Below are positions 23,907-38,437 of a stretch of 64,000 nucleotides of DNA, in pieces. Both the position numbers and the translations under genes were made by a program. This DNA comes from Geosiphon pyriformis uo1. Lineage: Eukaryota; Fungi; Glomeromycota. The notes below the pieces were generated by a model that was not told where the DNA came from, did no database searches, and saw only the letters and a list, made by a program, of their open reading frames with translations. Each line of letters opens with the position of its first letter. Positions within the stretch are counted from its first letter, which is position 1. The stretch covers positions 830,697 to 894,696 of the forward strand of contig JAAOMT010000046.1 of the NCBI GenBank assembly GCA_016748015.1, in the 5' to 3' direction.

Positions 23907-24155
23907 CAATTTCATGAAGGCTCTTTACGGGATGGAAAGTGAGTTTGAATCACGACTTTCGGTTTTCTAATTTTTTTTCGAATCATTAACCCTCAAAACT
24001 TTCTACAAATAATTGAAAAGCAAAAGGTAATTAAATGCTTAATTAGGTTTATTTTTATATAAACCTCATTTTTTAAAACTGGGATTTTTAGCGTTGGAAT
24101 TTAAGTTGCAAAATTGAAATTTCTCAACAATGTCAAGAAAATGATTTTGATGAGG

Positions 24156-25364
24156 TTAAATAAAACCTCGGTGGGTGTATCTCCAAGTCTTGTATTTGTC
24201 GCGAAGTTCATCAATCACACCAGAAGGTAGAGGAAGACTGTAATTAGGAATAAATGTAAATTTGTTTACAGCTTCTACCGGAGTATCAAATCGTGTTTCT
24301 AAACCGAAGAGATATGGATTAATCAATAACGAATGAAACATAATAAAAGTAGTTTGAGAAGAACATTACCTTCTTGAAGATCCTCTGGGGATTTCTTATC
24401 CCTTGGAGGAAGAGGTATTTGTATATCTGTTCCAGGAACAAATCTACGCCATCTAAATCGACCTTTGCCTGTTTCCTTGATGGTAATTTTTCTCCACTGG
24501 CAGCGCACACCTCGCCTGAATAACATGGAGAAAGTTTTAACAAATTGACGATAGGACGAAAAGTCACCACTACTTGACTTACTTGTCTTCATCTTTAATA
24601 TCTGATCTGTGAAAAGTCGTTAGTGAAAATTTGGAAGTGCAAGAGAATACTATGAAAACATGAATTATTTATATATCGACAAGCTGAAAGCTTTTCTTAC
24701 TGCAAGTCATCTGGGTGTACTAGCAGAACATTTGAAACATGAATCGGCTTTTCAATTTCTTCCATCCACCATCCACCAATCCTCTTTTCACGTGGCGGCG
24801 GCGGCTTAGGATTAATGGTTGGAGTTCTGGGAGTTCGTAATCCCTATTTAAAAAATATTTTTGGGTAGTGAGGCTCCAAAAAATATTTTATGAATCTCTA
24901 GATTTGACTTACAATGTTACAATTTTCAACCCAAACCCTGTTGGTCCACATGTCGATTTTCTTGACTTTTCCTACTTGACGTTTTCCTTGTCCAGCAATA
25001 ATTTTTACCTTTCAATTGTGAATACTTTAGGAACTTTAAATGACGACTTCTTTTATATTCTCACCATTTTTTATCATATTACCTGATCACCCTCAAGAAT
25101 TTTCCAATGAGCTATTCTGTCCTTAGGGTGAACCCAATGAACCTTGGGATCTATTCGAGGAATTCGCTTTCTGAAAAATTTTGACCAGGTCTCCCGAGCC
25201 ATGTGTGCATACCGCCATTTTGCAGACCTTGGTCCATAAGTAACCCCCGACATGTTTCTTTTACTCTGACAATTTTTTAAATTATTATAAAATATTTGAT
25301 TCATACTAGAATATTCTATGAGATTTTAAATATTCACCTGAGCTAATTGGGCGAAGGCACCCAT
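24156..25364 (-). CDS. MRPL24: Mitochondrial ribosomal protein uL24m (MRPL24/yeast MRPL40), multi-exon
   Basis: KOW motif WKILEGDQ|VKIIAGQGKRQVGKV; EKPIHVSNVLLVHP; RRFVPGTDIQIP; LPSGVIDELRDKY. Confidence 0.85.
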
Positions 25365-25866
25365 GATAAAACTATAATATTTTCAGGCATACTCAGCTAC
25401 CTTATTGCAGGGCGCTTCGCTCATTCAAAAGGAAAATAAGTTTCCACGTATCATCCTACTTGAGGCGGTGTAAGCGAGAATTGGAGAATTCACGTTCCAA
25501 GCAACCCAATACCGGCATCTACAAGCCAAACCTTTCAAAATGCTTCCCACCAAGATGTGATTTGTCACCCACTTCGTGATCCGACCCAAAATCTAGGTCT
25601 TACTCAAGTCGTTCGATTTTAATACCTTTTTCCTGTTCTCCGATGAGGTCAATTTTAAATAAATATCATAATTGATTCACGCCAATCTTGGCTAAGAAAA
25701 TCAGTTCATCTACTTGATCTCCCTTTATTTTATCCTGTATGTAGAGAATAAAGACTAAATCTTGCTACTAAAAGCGTTTTCTTCAAAAACTCACCCGAGA
25801 TCCATTTGTATCAAAAATCTTGAATAAATTAATATATAATCCCGGTGTTCTCAAATCGAGTTTTTC

Positions 25867-27932
25867 TCATTGAAATATAATACTTGCTGCCAAATCTGGA
25901 TTACCACCTGCCAGATCTAAGAGTTCAATGGCTTCTTCCCGAGGTATCCCTAGAGATACCAATTTTTGAATGTCTGGCTCTGGATATTTTGATTGACCTG
26001 TTGGGGTTTTTGAATTAAATATATAAGATGTTTTATTCCAAACGTTGCTGAAATTAGGACAAGTTTTCTTACCACTAGGAAGGTTAGACGTCGCCGAATT
26101 GGGATTATTACTAGATATTGAGCGCGCTGCCGATGGTGCTATGCTGCTGCTGCTGCTGCTGCTACTACTGCTATTCGTAGCATTTATAAGACCCAAAGAT
26201 CCTGGAGGAGCGATTATATCTTCGTCAGTGAGCTCATCAGTACGTGCATGTTCCGGCAATTCGTGTTCCGGTAAAAATGGTATTTCTTTTCCGTTAATAA
26301 TTAACGCATTCTTTCTCAGATCAATGCACGCCTTAAAAATGAAAATGGGTAAATCATGATAAACTTTTAAATCGTAAAGAACCCAAATATCCATAAACTT
26401 GCCTGGTGACGTTTTAACATGTCCAACCCGAATAATAAATCGACTCCACGACCCTATTAATACATTGAATAGCTGGTTTACTGAATCAACGCAGTGTATA
26501 CAAAGTAATCGAAATAAATATAAAAAATGAAATACCTCCATTATTGTAAAAGAACAAGCTAAAAATAAATCAAGGCCAATTCGAATGTGCGCACTGTGTA
26601 CACGACCAAGTATTTTTGCAGTACCAACTCCTTTAGCAATTCCAGCAAACCTTTTGTCTACTAGACGCATAATCCTAAAGGATATTGATTATTTCCCTCG
26701 TCAATCATTATGACTATTTGATACTATGCTCCTGAGAAAATAAAAACAAAAGCTAGATACCCGCATGTTTCGGCACATCTAGGGCTCACTTATAAGTTTA
26801 TTATAAAAAGTCTTGCTTAATCAATCGAAAGAATTTTCAAAATAACAAGAAAACGGGAAATAATTTTGACAAGCTTACATACTGATAGTTGCTTGAGCAC
26901 CAGAATCGACAAATGCTTTAATTGGACGTCCATTTACTTCCGCATCAATATATAACATAGTAACCTAATTGAATAAATTCCTTGTAAGATGAAATGGGAA
27001 TAATAAAAGGAAATATTGAAAAATAATATTTTAAAAAAATATACTCTTCCAAATGACTCTGGATTATACTCTAGTGCGGCCTCCAGATTGGCCGTGACGT
27101 TTTCTTGCCTTATTGCCTCCTCGATTCGTCGCTGTGCTTCAATATCAAAAGGATCGGCGTTGAGAATGTTCTAGGAACGAGATAAATTTAGTCAATTTTT
27201 TATCAAACACGATTAATGAATAAAAACTTACAATTTGTTGCATTCTCTGTCTTTCTGCCTCTTGCCTTCGTTGCTCCATCTGTCTGATTAAAACTGCAAA
27301 CCTTGCTGGATCATTTAAAGCGGAATTGGCAAGTTCAGGTTGTGTCTAAGATCACAAGCAGTCCAGATGGAATCTTTGATTACTAATTTTTTCATTTTCT
27401 CATAGATGAATCCATCAGTTCTGACAGTGTTATCACTACCTGGAGTAACTGCTGGAGAAGTGCGGGCTGATTAAGTATGTGTTGTCGCATTTGTTCAACC
27501 TCAGGGCCTCCACTGCAAAAAACAAGTGGTTTAATCCCTGTGAACAGTTGATAAATGACGTAGTTTTTAATTAATCGGTGAACTTAACACTCACTGAACA
27601 CCCCTTGGAGATGGTGCTCTGGTATTAGAAGGTCGTCTCCGAAGCATTAAGATGCTATCCTGAATAACCCCATACTGTTCCAAAGTTTTCATTGGGTCTG
27701 TCAACTCATTCCCGTTAAATGCAAGGATTTGTTCAGAAGTTGGAGTACCGGTCTGAAAAGACAAATCATGAAGAATTGAAAATAGTTGCTAAGTATAAAC
27801 CAACATTACTCCCACTAGACCATTCTCCCATACCTCGACCTCTATCAAAGCCTTGACGTTTTCCAACTCGATTTGCGAATCAACTTCGACGTTGTGAAGT
27901 TCACCTGCTTCATTACTTATGGTTATTCTCAT
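25867..27932 (-). CDS. DDI1: DNA damage-inducible protein 1 (UBL, retroviral-type aspartyl protease, UBA)
   Basis: UBL MRITIS...LEQYGV; PESFGRVTMLYI; [12 protein letters not shown]; [18 protein letters not shown]; [18 protein letters not shown]...GNPDLAAS. Confidence 0.95.
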
Positions 27933-28297
27933 TTTGTGTCTTACACGACCCTAAAGCGAAGTCTAAAGTTAAAGATAGATATCGATAAAAAGTATAGGAT
28001 TCGCGAAATCTGGGCACGGACCTAGGGTTTATCAAATCCTTTAAAAGAGCTAAGTTTGTTTTCTACCTTAATGAACTCACGAAAATCTTGATGACATTTA
28101 GTTAAGATCATATGGGCATTTTTTTACTAGTCAGGATTAAATTAATGCAATCCAATATGATCTAATTCTATGAAACCATTTTCTAATCTTATATCTGAAA
28201 TTAATGCCCTGCGTCTGCAAAAATGGCATCGTCTCAGATACTACTCATGATAGCAATTAATGTATAGAAGGATCCAAATATTCTGCTGTTACCTGAA

Positions 28298-29130
28298 CTA
28301 GGATGGAGACGATGAGTCAGCTATCAACCCAATTTTTTCTACAAATTCAGATATAAAGGAGCGATCTCGTAGCCCGACAAACTTATCTACCACTACTCCT
28401 TTATGAAAAGCTATAACCGTAGGTAATGAACCGACCTATATTACAGCAAAATTAAGATTAACTAGTTTCAATAGGAAGTCATGAATGATAGGCACAGTAT
28501 TTTGTTTAGGGCAAAATAAAGACTAATTTGAAGTTTTAAATTTGACTTACATTATATCTTGAGGCAATTATGACTTCCTTATCGACATTTATTTTCACAA
28601 GGGTAACTTTTTGATTCTCAGTAACTGCCTTCTCTAAAATTGGTGCGAGCATCTTACAAGGACCACACCATCTAATCGGAAAAAGACCAAAATATAATTT
28701 TATACGAATAGGTCTGACAACAAATTGAATGAAGCAGTAAACAATGATCTTAAATATAGGAGTTAGTTCAGACAACAAAAAGGCATATCATACCCCCTCC
28801 CTTTAAATTTCTTTACACATTTTCTACTACCATTGCATCTCACCGTTCGAACTTACTCTGCGTAAAAGTCTACAATTACCGGTTCCTTAGCAGTTTCAAC
28901 TAAATCTGGATAGTTGTATCTGTCACCTCTCAAGACCTTTCCCGTTCTCACAAGTATTGAGGTATGAAAGTATGAAGTAGGAGTTTTTATTGGACGTGAT
29001 AAAGCTAGTAATTTAGGAATTTAAATAATAAGTTAAGCTGTAAAGGATATAAGTGAGATAAAGTATTTATATACTTACTAAAAAAGAAATTCTTCAAGTT
29101 TGAAGTGATAAAAAAGCGTTTTCCAAGCAT
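28298..29130 (-). CDS. Mitochondrial thioredoxin, 4 exons
   Basis: Presequence MLGKRFF; VIVDFYAE|WCGPCKMLAPILE; SLPTVIAFHKG; stop TAG at 28300-28298. Confidence 0.9.
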
Positions 29131-29329
29131 TTTTCCCTTCGTGCAAATTTAAGAAAGCATTTGGACCAACAAGATTAAAATTCAAAAGTTTAATAGGTCA
29201 CCTTCATCTATTAGATTATTAGTCATTAATAATCTGTAATAGTTGAGCGCGTAAAATTCGATTATATGATGCAAACCATTTATAATCATCAAAAATGTAG
29301 ATCAGTCCGAAATTTTAAATGATGATCTT

Positions 29330-32300
29330 CACGTGTTTTTATTTATATAATTAAATTTTATTGGTTAATATACATGTGTTTTTAATATATTATTTATAAT
29401 AAAAAATAAAATTTATATAATATAAAACCAAATACAGTATTACAAAGTTTGAATATTATTTAATTTGTCTAATTCTTCATGAATATTATCTGAAATTCTT
29501 CTATAAGATTTATACTTTTTTATAGCATATTTTACTAATTTTTTATTAAAACTTTTTCTATAAAGATTCATATAACATTAACATTTTCTTGAAAATTGTC
29601 TAATAATTATTAAAGATACTAATTCAAGACTTTTAGGCATTGTTCTTTGTAATCTTTTCCATAAATAATCATATTTGTTATGTATATATCTTTTAATAAC
29701 TTTTCAATATTTTTCAATAAAATTTAATTTGTAATGATATTTTGAAAAAAAAATACACTTATATTCCATACTTTTAATTAATTTTTCAATTGCATTTTTT
29801 TCAGCAAAAAAATCAAATTTCAAAGATATTATTCAACATATACAACAAGAAACTCTTAAAAAATCATTGATTTTTTTTTGAATTTTTGGCATTCTAATAT
29901 TAATCTTTTTGATGGCCATTTTTCTCATTCTATTAATATTTGTTTAATTTTTTTAGACAATCTTTAAAGTTTTTCATTTGAATATATTTCCAGAAAAATT
30001 ATTAATTATAATTAATTATCTAATTCAAAAGAAGTATCTCACATTAATAATTGCTTTTTATCTAAACTTAAATTCATTCTGCTTGTAATTAAAGCATTTT
30101 TACTAAATGCTACATAATTAGAGCTATTATTAAAATCAAATACAGCTGTACAATCTGAATATAATTTCTCAAAAATTGAAATTGCTTTATATTTAATTTG
30201 TTTAATAACTATTTTGATTTATACTAAGTTATAAATAGCATCATGTCTTTTCTGGTATATTAAAATAGTTTTCTATATTATTTGTTATAAACATAAATAT
30301 TTATTAATTTTGGTTAAAAATTTACTAATCATGCTTGATTTTTTATTTTCTTTTTTTCTTAGTAACAAATTTTTATGCTCAGTTTATATGTTATGCTTAT
30401 TATTATTTGAATAAAAAATACATTTATTATGAATTACAAGAACTTTTTCTTTCTCTCTATTAAGTAAATTAAGACATATTTGATTCATAAATTTATTTTT
30501 ATACTTTAATATATATTTTTTATGCTCTAAAAAATATTTTTTAAGATTACAAAATATTATTTTTTTTATGTTCATTATAATATAAGTCTTGATAATATTG
30601 TTAAAATAAATAACCAAAAATTTTGAACCATTTTATTATAATTATAAAACTAATAGTTTTTTCCTTTATTATTGTAATATTAGGAAACAATTTATGCTTG
30701 ATAAATTTTTTAAATGTGGCTGGAGTGGTATTGAAGTTTTGGTTTCTAATCTAAATATAACATCTTTTTACTATGTTTTTATTATTAATTATTCTAATTA
30801 TTTTTTGGTGTTTCTATATTTTTATGTTAGAAACTTATCATTAAACAACTAATACTTTACAAGATATTGAATTTTTTGTGCTTTTATACACTATTATCAA
30901 TAAAAATTTAGGCAATTTTCAAACTGGTATTAATTTTTTTACATTTATTATTATTATTTAATAAAATAAAATATTCAAAAATAGCTTTTTTTTGATTATA
31001 TTCAAAAACAATTAATTAAACATGTTGTTTTTTTAAATATTCTTTTAACTTTTGTCCTTTTTTTATTTGGCTAGTATATAGATCAATTTTACTTTCTAAA
31101 TTGTTTGAAAATTTATTAAATTTGGATCATTATAAGTTTGGAGTTTGAGTATTACTAATATTAAAAAAAGTAATAATTTTTTTAATTCCAGCTGCTGTTT
31201 TGGTGAATAAACCATTTGGTTTATATTTATTATAATAAGTTAACTTTGGTATTTTTTTTGTTATATAAGGGTCTTACTTCTTTTTTTCTAAATAATTGTC
31301 ATTTTTTTATACTAAACTAAGTTTTTTTAATTTTGTATTTATTCTAATTACAGCTTTTATATCTTTTGTATCATCTCATTTATTGTTATTATCATTATCT
31401 TACTTTCTACTACTAATATCCAATCTGTTAAATTTATTTACTTCAATATCATAATCATTTATTGAAGTAATATAATGTGTTTTTTTATATGATTTTTTTG
31501 TATTTCTAACTTAATCTTTAGCTTTTTTTTTCCTTTAAAATAAAGTGCTATTTTTTTATGTAATGTAATATTAATCTAGTATGTAATTAATGCTTGGACA
31601 GAATTAAAAAATTTGAATTATATAATATTATACAACAAAATTGTATCATAATAAAAATGGCGTTTTTAACTCAGATATATATCTATTCTTTAAATTTTTT
31701 TGGTCCCAATTAAACTTTAATTTCTGTTTTATAGTTTTAAATAAGAAGCAATCAAAGAAAGCTTCTTTAACATTCATTAAAAAAAATTTTCTATTGAAAT
31801 TAAAGAAATTATCTAAGCTGAAAATTCAGATAACATTAATAAAAATAGTTATCACAAAAATTTCTTTAACTTACAACAAGAAATTTGGACAAAAAAGTCT
31901 AATATTAATAATTAAATAACCAACTTAAAAGAAACCCAATTATTAAATTAAAACCAATTCTTTAAAGCTAATAAAAGATTTATTGCAAATAATTGTTGAT
32001 CAAAAAAATAGTAGATAAGAATATTTAAGATAAATTTCAATTTTAATATTATAATCTAATTGTAATCTCTTATTTTCATATTTAATGGTTAACAATATGC
32101 CAAATTATTTATGAATTTACTATTCAAAAAAAAATATCCAGAATATTATGATGTAATTAAAGAGCCAAAATTTTTAAACATGATTAAAATTGATATTATA
32201 TACTTTTTTTTTATTAGTTACTTAATACTTGACATATGTTTTCTATATAACATTAACAGAAAATTCGAAAAAGATATTATTTATTTATGAATTTAATTAG

Positions 32301-34078
32301 AACTTGCTATTGATTTCGAAAATTCTATGTATTTTAATAATAATTTATGTATTTTTAAAGATACCAAATTCTTATAAATAAGAAGTTTATTAGGCTTTTA
32401 CAAAAAAATCTGGGTTTTATCTACTTAAACTAATACATTTTATATATTTTTTGCATTAAAACAAACTTGTTAAAAAATATACAACACTAACAAAAAAGAA
32501 CTATTCAAAATTATGAGCTTTAAGACAACTTTAATTCTTTTAATTAAGATAAAGCCAAAGATTTTTCAATTTCAATCTGATTTTCCTAAATTAATACCAA
32601 CTGATATAAGTTTTTTAATTATTATAATAAGCTATTATATATCACATTCTAATAAATTGTTAAAATATTCAACAATCAAAATTTTTTTTACAGTTTAAGA
32701 AACCAATTCTAAAACTAGATTATGATTTGGTCAAATATATGATAAGTATCTTAATTATTATATTTCTCTTTAATATAATTATTCAAATATTAAATTTAAC
32801 TGAAATTTTTTATTATAAAGAATTTTATATATCTCTTAAATCTAAACAATTCTTTGAAACACAACATTATAGTTATTGAAAGATTATTTGTGAATTCAAA
32901 ATAAATATCCACATTATAATAAAAATAATACTGGTCAAAATTTTTAAAGTTGTTTACTGTTTTTTACCTCTTATAAATTGCAAAAACAGTTTGTAGATTT
33001 TTTTTTAGATCTGATCAAGTTAATTTTTAATCATAAATATTACTCTTATACTTTACATTTTTAAGCTTTTAATCATTTTTTTTATCAGACAGAACACAAT
33101 CTATTCCTAAAATTTTATGAAAAAAAAGTGTTTAAAACATCAGTAATTGAAGAATATATGTTGTAAAATATTGTAAAAAAATATTATATTATGTACATAA
33201 AAATTATATTTAAAGTATAATATTTGTTTTGAAATTATTACATAATTATTGTAAGTTTAATCTATAGAATTTATTTATAGAATATTTCGAAAAATTTGAT
33301 GACAATGATATCTATATATATAAATTTTCAAATATGATGACATTGAAATTTTTTGTTACTATTAATAATTGAAAAAATACTTCTTTTTATGTCTAAAGTT
33401 ATATTAATATACATAATACATTATTTAACATTATAAATTATAAAAAGTTTTTTAGCAGAATCTGTCTTGGTTTCTTTTATACAACATATTTTTAATCAGA
33501 AACCAATTAATAATATATTAAAAACTTAAAATAAATAAATTCCTTCTTTATTCATATTTCTATTATTATATGTCACTATACAATAACAAAAGCTAACAAA
33601 TGTTTTTGGAAATTAGCATATGCAGAATAAAATATTTGGAATAATAAAGTTGAAGATCAGAGTTTCAAATAATACAAATATTAACCAGCCATATATTTTG
33701 TTTAATTCAATAGTCAAGTTATATAATTAATTGTCTTCAACTATAATATTATCCTATCCAGTTTCTCTGATCTATCTTGAAGGCTTTGTTCTAAAATTTT
33801 CAAAAAAAACTTTATATTTGCCTGAACTAATGCATCTATATAATGAAAATAAGCACATAAAAAAGAAAACCAACTTTGATAAAATACGAATTATTGATCA
33901 AACATCAAATAACAAAACAAACATTAAACTTATTGCACAAAAAAACTTAAGAATTACATGAAAATTAACAATTATAGTGTTTACAAAAGCATTTGGCAGA
34001 CTTTTTCAATTACAGATAAAAACAAATTAGAGACATCTATCAAGCCATCAAATAATATTGCCCACTCTAAAACACGTG
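29330..34078. mobile_element. Highly decayed DNA-transposon region bounded by CACGTGTTTT/AAAACACGTG inverted repeats and a CTT duplication
   Basis: Very AT-rich, CpG-free interior; 10-bp inverted termini; 3-bp CTT on both flanks. Confidence 0.5.
29460..30900 (-). pseudogene. IS630/Tc1-like DDE transposase relic
   Basis: KVLVIHNKCIFYSNN (ancestral THDE.IFY.ND); AISIFEKLYSDCTAVFDFNNSSNY (FDNSSNH); KYHYKLNFIE (PKYHCELNFIE); KKYKSYRRI. These motifs match fungal IS630-like transposases, from recall. Confidence 0.7.
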
Positions 34079-34924
34079 CTTCAAACATTATGGTATATGA
34101 TACTGTAAAAAAAATAAGCCATCTATAATTTACTGCAGAGTTTATTTATTAAAAAATTAATTGCATTAATTTTTTTCATAAATTTTAAGCCATGCTTTTG
34201 CTTTAAGGTATAGGAGTTGAGGCGAGTAATTAATCTTTTACAATGTTTCTTAATACTAAACATTTTACCTACAGTATTACTCTTGGACCAACAGCCAATC
34301 ATGTTACAATTATTCCAATTCTTGTCTTAAATCTGCTGTTCTTAGTATCAAAGCCAGTTGTTCTCAATGTTTATTGAGAGAGATGCAAGATTACAAATAG
34401 AGGACAAATAACATTCTTAAATTCTTCATAGTACTTTTACAATTCCTTTGGTGTCTGGTGTTAACAATATTGATATTTTGATTTCTGTTCTGATAATGAC
34501 AATTGAATATGGTGGTGGTGTGAATGGAATATTCATGGTTAATGGTGCCGTATTACGAGCAGAAGACACGCAGGCCGAGAGATATTATATCTTTATAAAA
34601 AAGTGATCATTTAAAGATTAAATTAATATTAATTGAAAGCCTTTCTGAAAATGATAATACTTTGATGATTTATCACGTGGTAACGTGACTTTAATGATTG
34701 CTGATTGGCTAAAATCTGATTGATCGGCATCCGAAAATTAAAGATTAATAACTTTATAAAATATAATATAATTCACCGTAAATGTGAAAGAGAAGAACTT
34801 AATCTATCATATTTACGGTTTAGTTTTTTAATATTATTAAAATTGGAAGACTAGATACAATTTAAAATTATATAAATTGTTTGATGGTTTGCACCATAGC
34901 AATTTTTATTGGTAAAGGTCTAAA

Positions 34925-37900
34925 ATGGCTGCCATAAGAGCAATTGACAAAGTTTCTGTTCATCGTATATGCTCCGGACAGGTTGTTTTGGACTTGGCCA
35001 GTACGGTCAAAGAGCTTTTAGAGAACAGTCTTGATGCAAAAGCTACCTCAGTTGGTATTGATTTTTTGTGAAACAAACTCTTCCAAACAAACGTCAAGAC
35101 AATAAAACTTAAAACGGAAAAATTCGTTGAAAGAAATTAGGTTCAAGGAAAGTGGGCTGGAATCCGTGGAAGTTATTGACAATGGTTCAGGCATAAATCC
35201 GGAAAATTTTCAAGGTCTTGGTAAGTTAAAGTGGCTGCCTTCCAAAAGTTTGTAATAATTACTAAACAAGCTTCTTTAATCTTAAGCACTAAAGTACCAC
35301 ACATCGAAAATATCGAACTATGATGATATCATGGAACTCGAGACTTTTGGTTTTCGAGGAGAAGCCATTAGTTCATTATGTGCTTTATCGAAACTTACCA
35401 TTATAACATCAACCCAAAAACACGCTCCGACCGGACAAAAAATAGAATATGATTCAAATGGACAAATTTCTAAGCAATCACCGATTGCTCGTGAGGTGCA
35501 TTCCCTTGATATTTGACGCGTAAACAAGAAATCAAAATTTTTCCCCACCCATTTGTGAAAATCTAGCATTTACTTGAACAATATTTTTCCTATTATCTAT
35601 CTAAACCAAAAATATATACATCAAGGCTGGAACAACTGTCATCGTGAAAAAATTATTCGAAACCTTACCTGTTCGATTTCGTGAATTCAAAAAAAATATT
35701 CGACGTGATTATGCCAAAGCTTTAACCTTGTTAGAAGCTTATGCGATTATTTGCACTGGAGTCCGAATTATTTGTAATAATCAATCGGGTAAAAGGTAAT
35801 GTCATGAATCTTTTTTTTTCATTATTTCTATAAATTTTTTTATTTTATATTTCATTTAAAAATTGCAGTGAACGAAAAACAGTGTTCGTAACTCATGGAA
35901 ATAAGACAACCTGGGAGAATATTGTAAATTTATTTGGGCCAAAAGCAATATCTTCCCTGATATCTTTTGATTTCTACCTCGAAATTAAGATAGGAAAGTA
36001 TTTGCTTCGAAACAATCAAGATAATACGGAAGAAAGGTGAGGGGCGCAAAAAGTACTAATCGTTTACATACTTAGATACATACTTTCTTAACCTTTTTCA
36101 TAAGTGATCAATTAAAGATTCGTGTCAATGGCCACGTCTCCAAACCGACACCGGGTAATGGTCGCACAACTAGTGGACGACAATATTATTTTATTAACAG
36201 TCGACCATGTCATCTTCCTAAAGTAAGGTTTAATATATAATACATATTTACATGTCAAATTGCTCATACTGTACTTACTCTCATTTTTTCGATCTAATTA
36301 AATGCTAAAACAGATGGCAAAAATTTTCAATGAAACTTACAAAAGTTTTAACATGAATCAATATCCTTTTGTGGTCGCTGATTTTCACCTTTCCAAATGT
36401 GAGGTACCAATTAGAATATCTTTTTTTTTCAACATAATCGACTTACATACTTCACTTTTCAATAGCTTCATACGATCTAAATGTTAGCCCAGATAAAAGA
36501 ACTATATTTTTGCACGATGAGGAATCTATTTGTGAAAATCTAAAGGTTACATTTCCACAAGCGCCGGATTGTATTGAATTGTCAATTTTCTAAATTTCCT
36601 TCTATTTTCTTTATCCAGATTCAACTTAATGCTTTATTTGAACCATTTCGGGCAATTTTTCCTATTTCCAATTTGGAAGGAGATTTCGAGGGTCAAAATT
36701 TATATCCTATCGAAGATCACATTAGTAATGGTCCATCACAGAATAGCGAAGAGAGAGCATCTATGGGATCCAACTCTTTTTACCAGGGTTTAGATATACA
36801 GGAATCGCCTGCCCAATTATCTACAGAATATATTGGAAATATGGATACTCAAGCAACAAAAGACAATTGTAAAACTTTCACACAGCCTACTTCTCTACAT
36901 GATATTTCTATGTCGGCCAATCTTTTAAATCCCTTGGTGAAATCGCCGACACAAATAGAACCTTTGGAGAGTATTTCTTCTACTGAACGAGAAGCAGATT
37001 ATTTTCGTCACATGCCGAAAACCCTGCATAAATCTTCTCAAGCCGAACGTCCAAAGCCGAATAAGAGAAATCGACTGGGGCACTTGCCTCAGAAATCGCA
37101 TGGTATTGACAATTTATTCGGCCCTGTCCAGATCAAAAAGATCTCAGAACAAGACGAAAATGATCACGGGGCCGAATTTTTTGAAAGTGATATGAAGGAA
37201 ATTCCTGCTAAGGGAATTGAAACCAAAGTTTACGATCCTACATCAGAACAAAATTTGGGACTTAATGATATTCGTGGTACCCAATTATTAGACAATATAT
37301 CTTCAGCTAATGGTCGGCAGACAGCGCAAAATAAATTAATTGACCCCAACGAAAAATTGGAAGTCATGTTTGATTTTAACAAAATTCCGAAAAGAAAATT
37401 TGATCCGAGGAAAATTCCTTCCCCAAAGCCAGCCCATCCAAAACCACATTTGGATGATGCTGGAATCAGCGTTCCTGATAACGAAAAAGTAGCACGTGAA
37501 CTCAGCAGGGTAATTTCGAAAGATGACTTTAATCGAATGGAAATAATTGGGCAGTTCAATTTGGGGTTCATTATCGCGAAACTTGTTAATCCCAATGGTG
37601 ATGACTTGTTCATCATTGATCAGCATGCATCGGATGAAAAATATAATTTTGAAACTTTACAACTTCATACTAAAATTCACTCTCAACGGCTTATAAGGTT
37701 TTTTAAGCAATTTTCAACATTTTAAATTTTTCCACCAAAATTGATCAATTTTCCTATCAGTCCTAGGCCTTTGGAACTTACAGCAGCCGAAGAGATGGTA
37801 GCAATCGAGAACATTGAGATATTACGCCAAAATGGATTTGATATCATGCTTGATAACGAAGCTCCTGTAACGCGTAAATTGAAACTCGTTTCTCAACCTG

Positions 37901-38437
37901 TCAGCAAAAACACAATTTTTGGCTTAAAAGGTGAACAACGCAAAATTCTTCGAGAAGTAATGATATTGGCTCTTTTTAACTGGCGTTTGATATAAGATTT
38001 AGAGGAATTGATATTTTTACTATCGGAGCGACCTGGCGAGATGGCGCGCTGCTCTCATGTCCAAAGTATGTTTGCTTCTCGCGCGTGTCGCAAGTCGGTA
38101 ATGATTGGTGACTCATTAACTCGACAGCAGATGCAAAAGGTGAGTTTGTCCAGTTGAAGTTTGACTTTTTACTTTTGTATTTGTGCTAACATTCTTAGGA
38201 AACAATAATAGATTGTAAAAAACATGGGTCAAATTGAACAGCCATGGGTAAGATTTTATTCTTTAAACTGGATTATCAAATGCGCGTAGGCTAAGATTCT
38301 TCTTCAAACAGAATTGTCCACATGGAAGACCCTCAATGCGACATTTATTTGACTTATCTCAAATAAAAAGCGATCAAAGGTACACCCCCAATATTAGTAA
38401 TAAAGGAAGCCTTTATCCCTTGTTAAAGAAAGAATAA
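34925..38437 (+). CDS. PMS1: MutL-alpha endonuclease subunit Pms1 (human PMS2 orthologue), multi-exon
   Basis: [10 protein letters not shown]...[10 protein letters not shown]; [12 protein letters not shown]; [10 protein letters not shown]; [12 protein letters not shown]; [13 protein letters not shown]; WNCPHGRP. Confidence 0.96.

Noticed and set aside
28240-28300. SECIS-like ATGA...GA hairpin near thioredoxin
   Set aside because: Wrong strand for the gene, the active site is ordinary WCGPC with no in-frame TGA, and the core geometry does not fit.
34090-34560. Coding-like minus-strand fragment with Cys pairs
   Set aside because: Broken in all frames and not assignable to a family.
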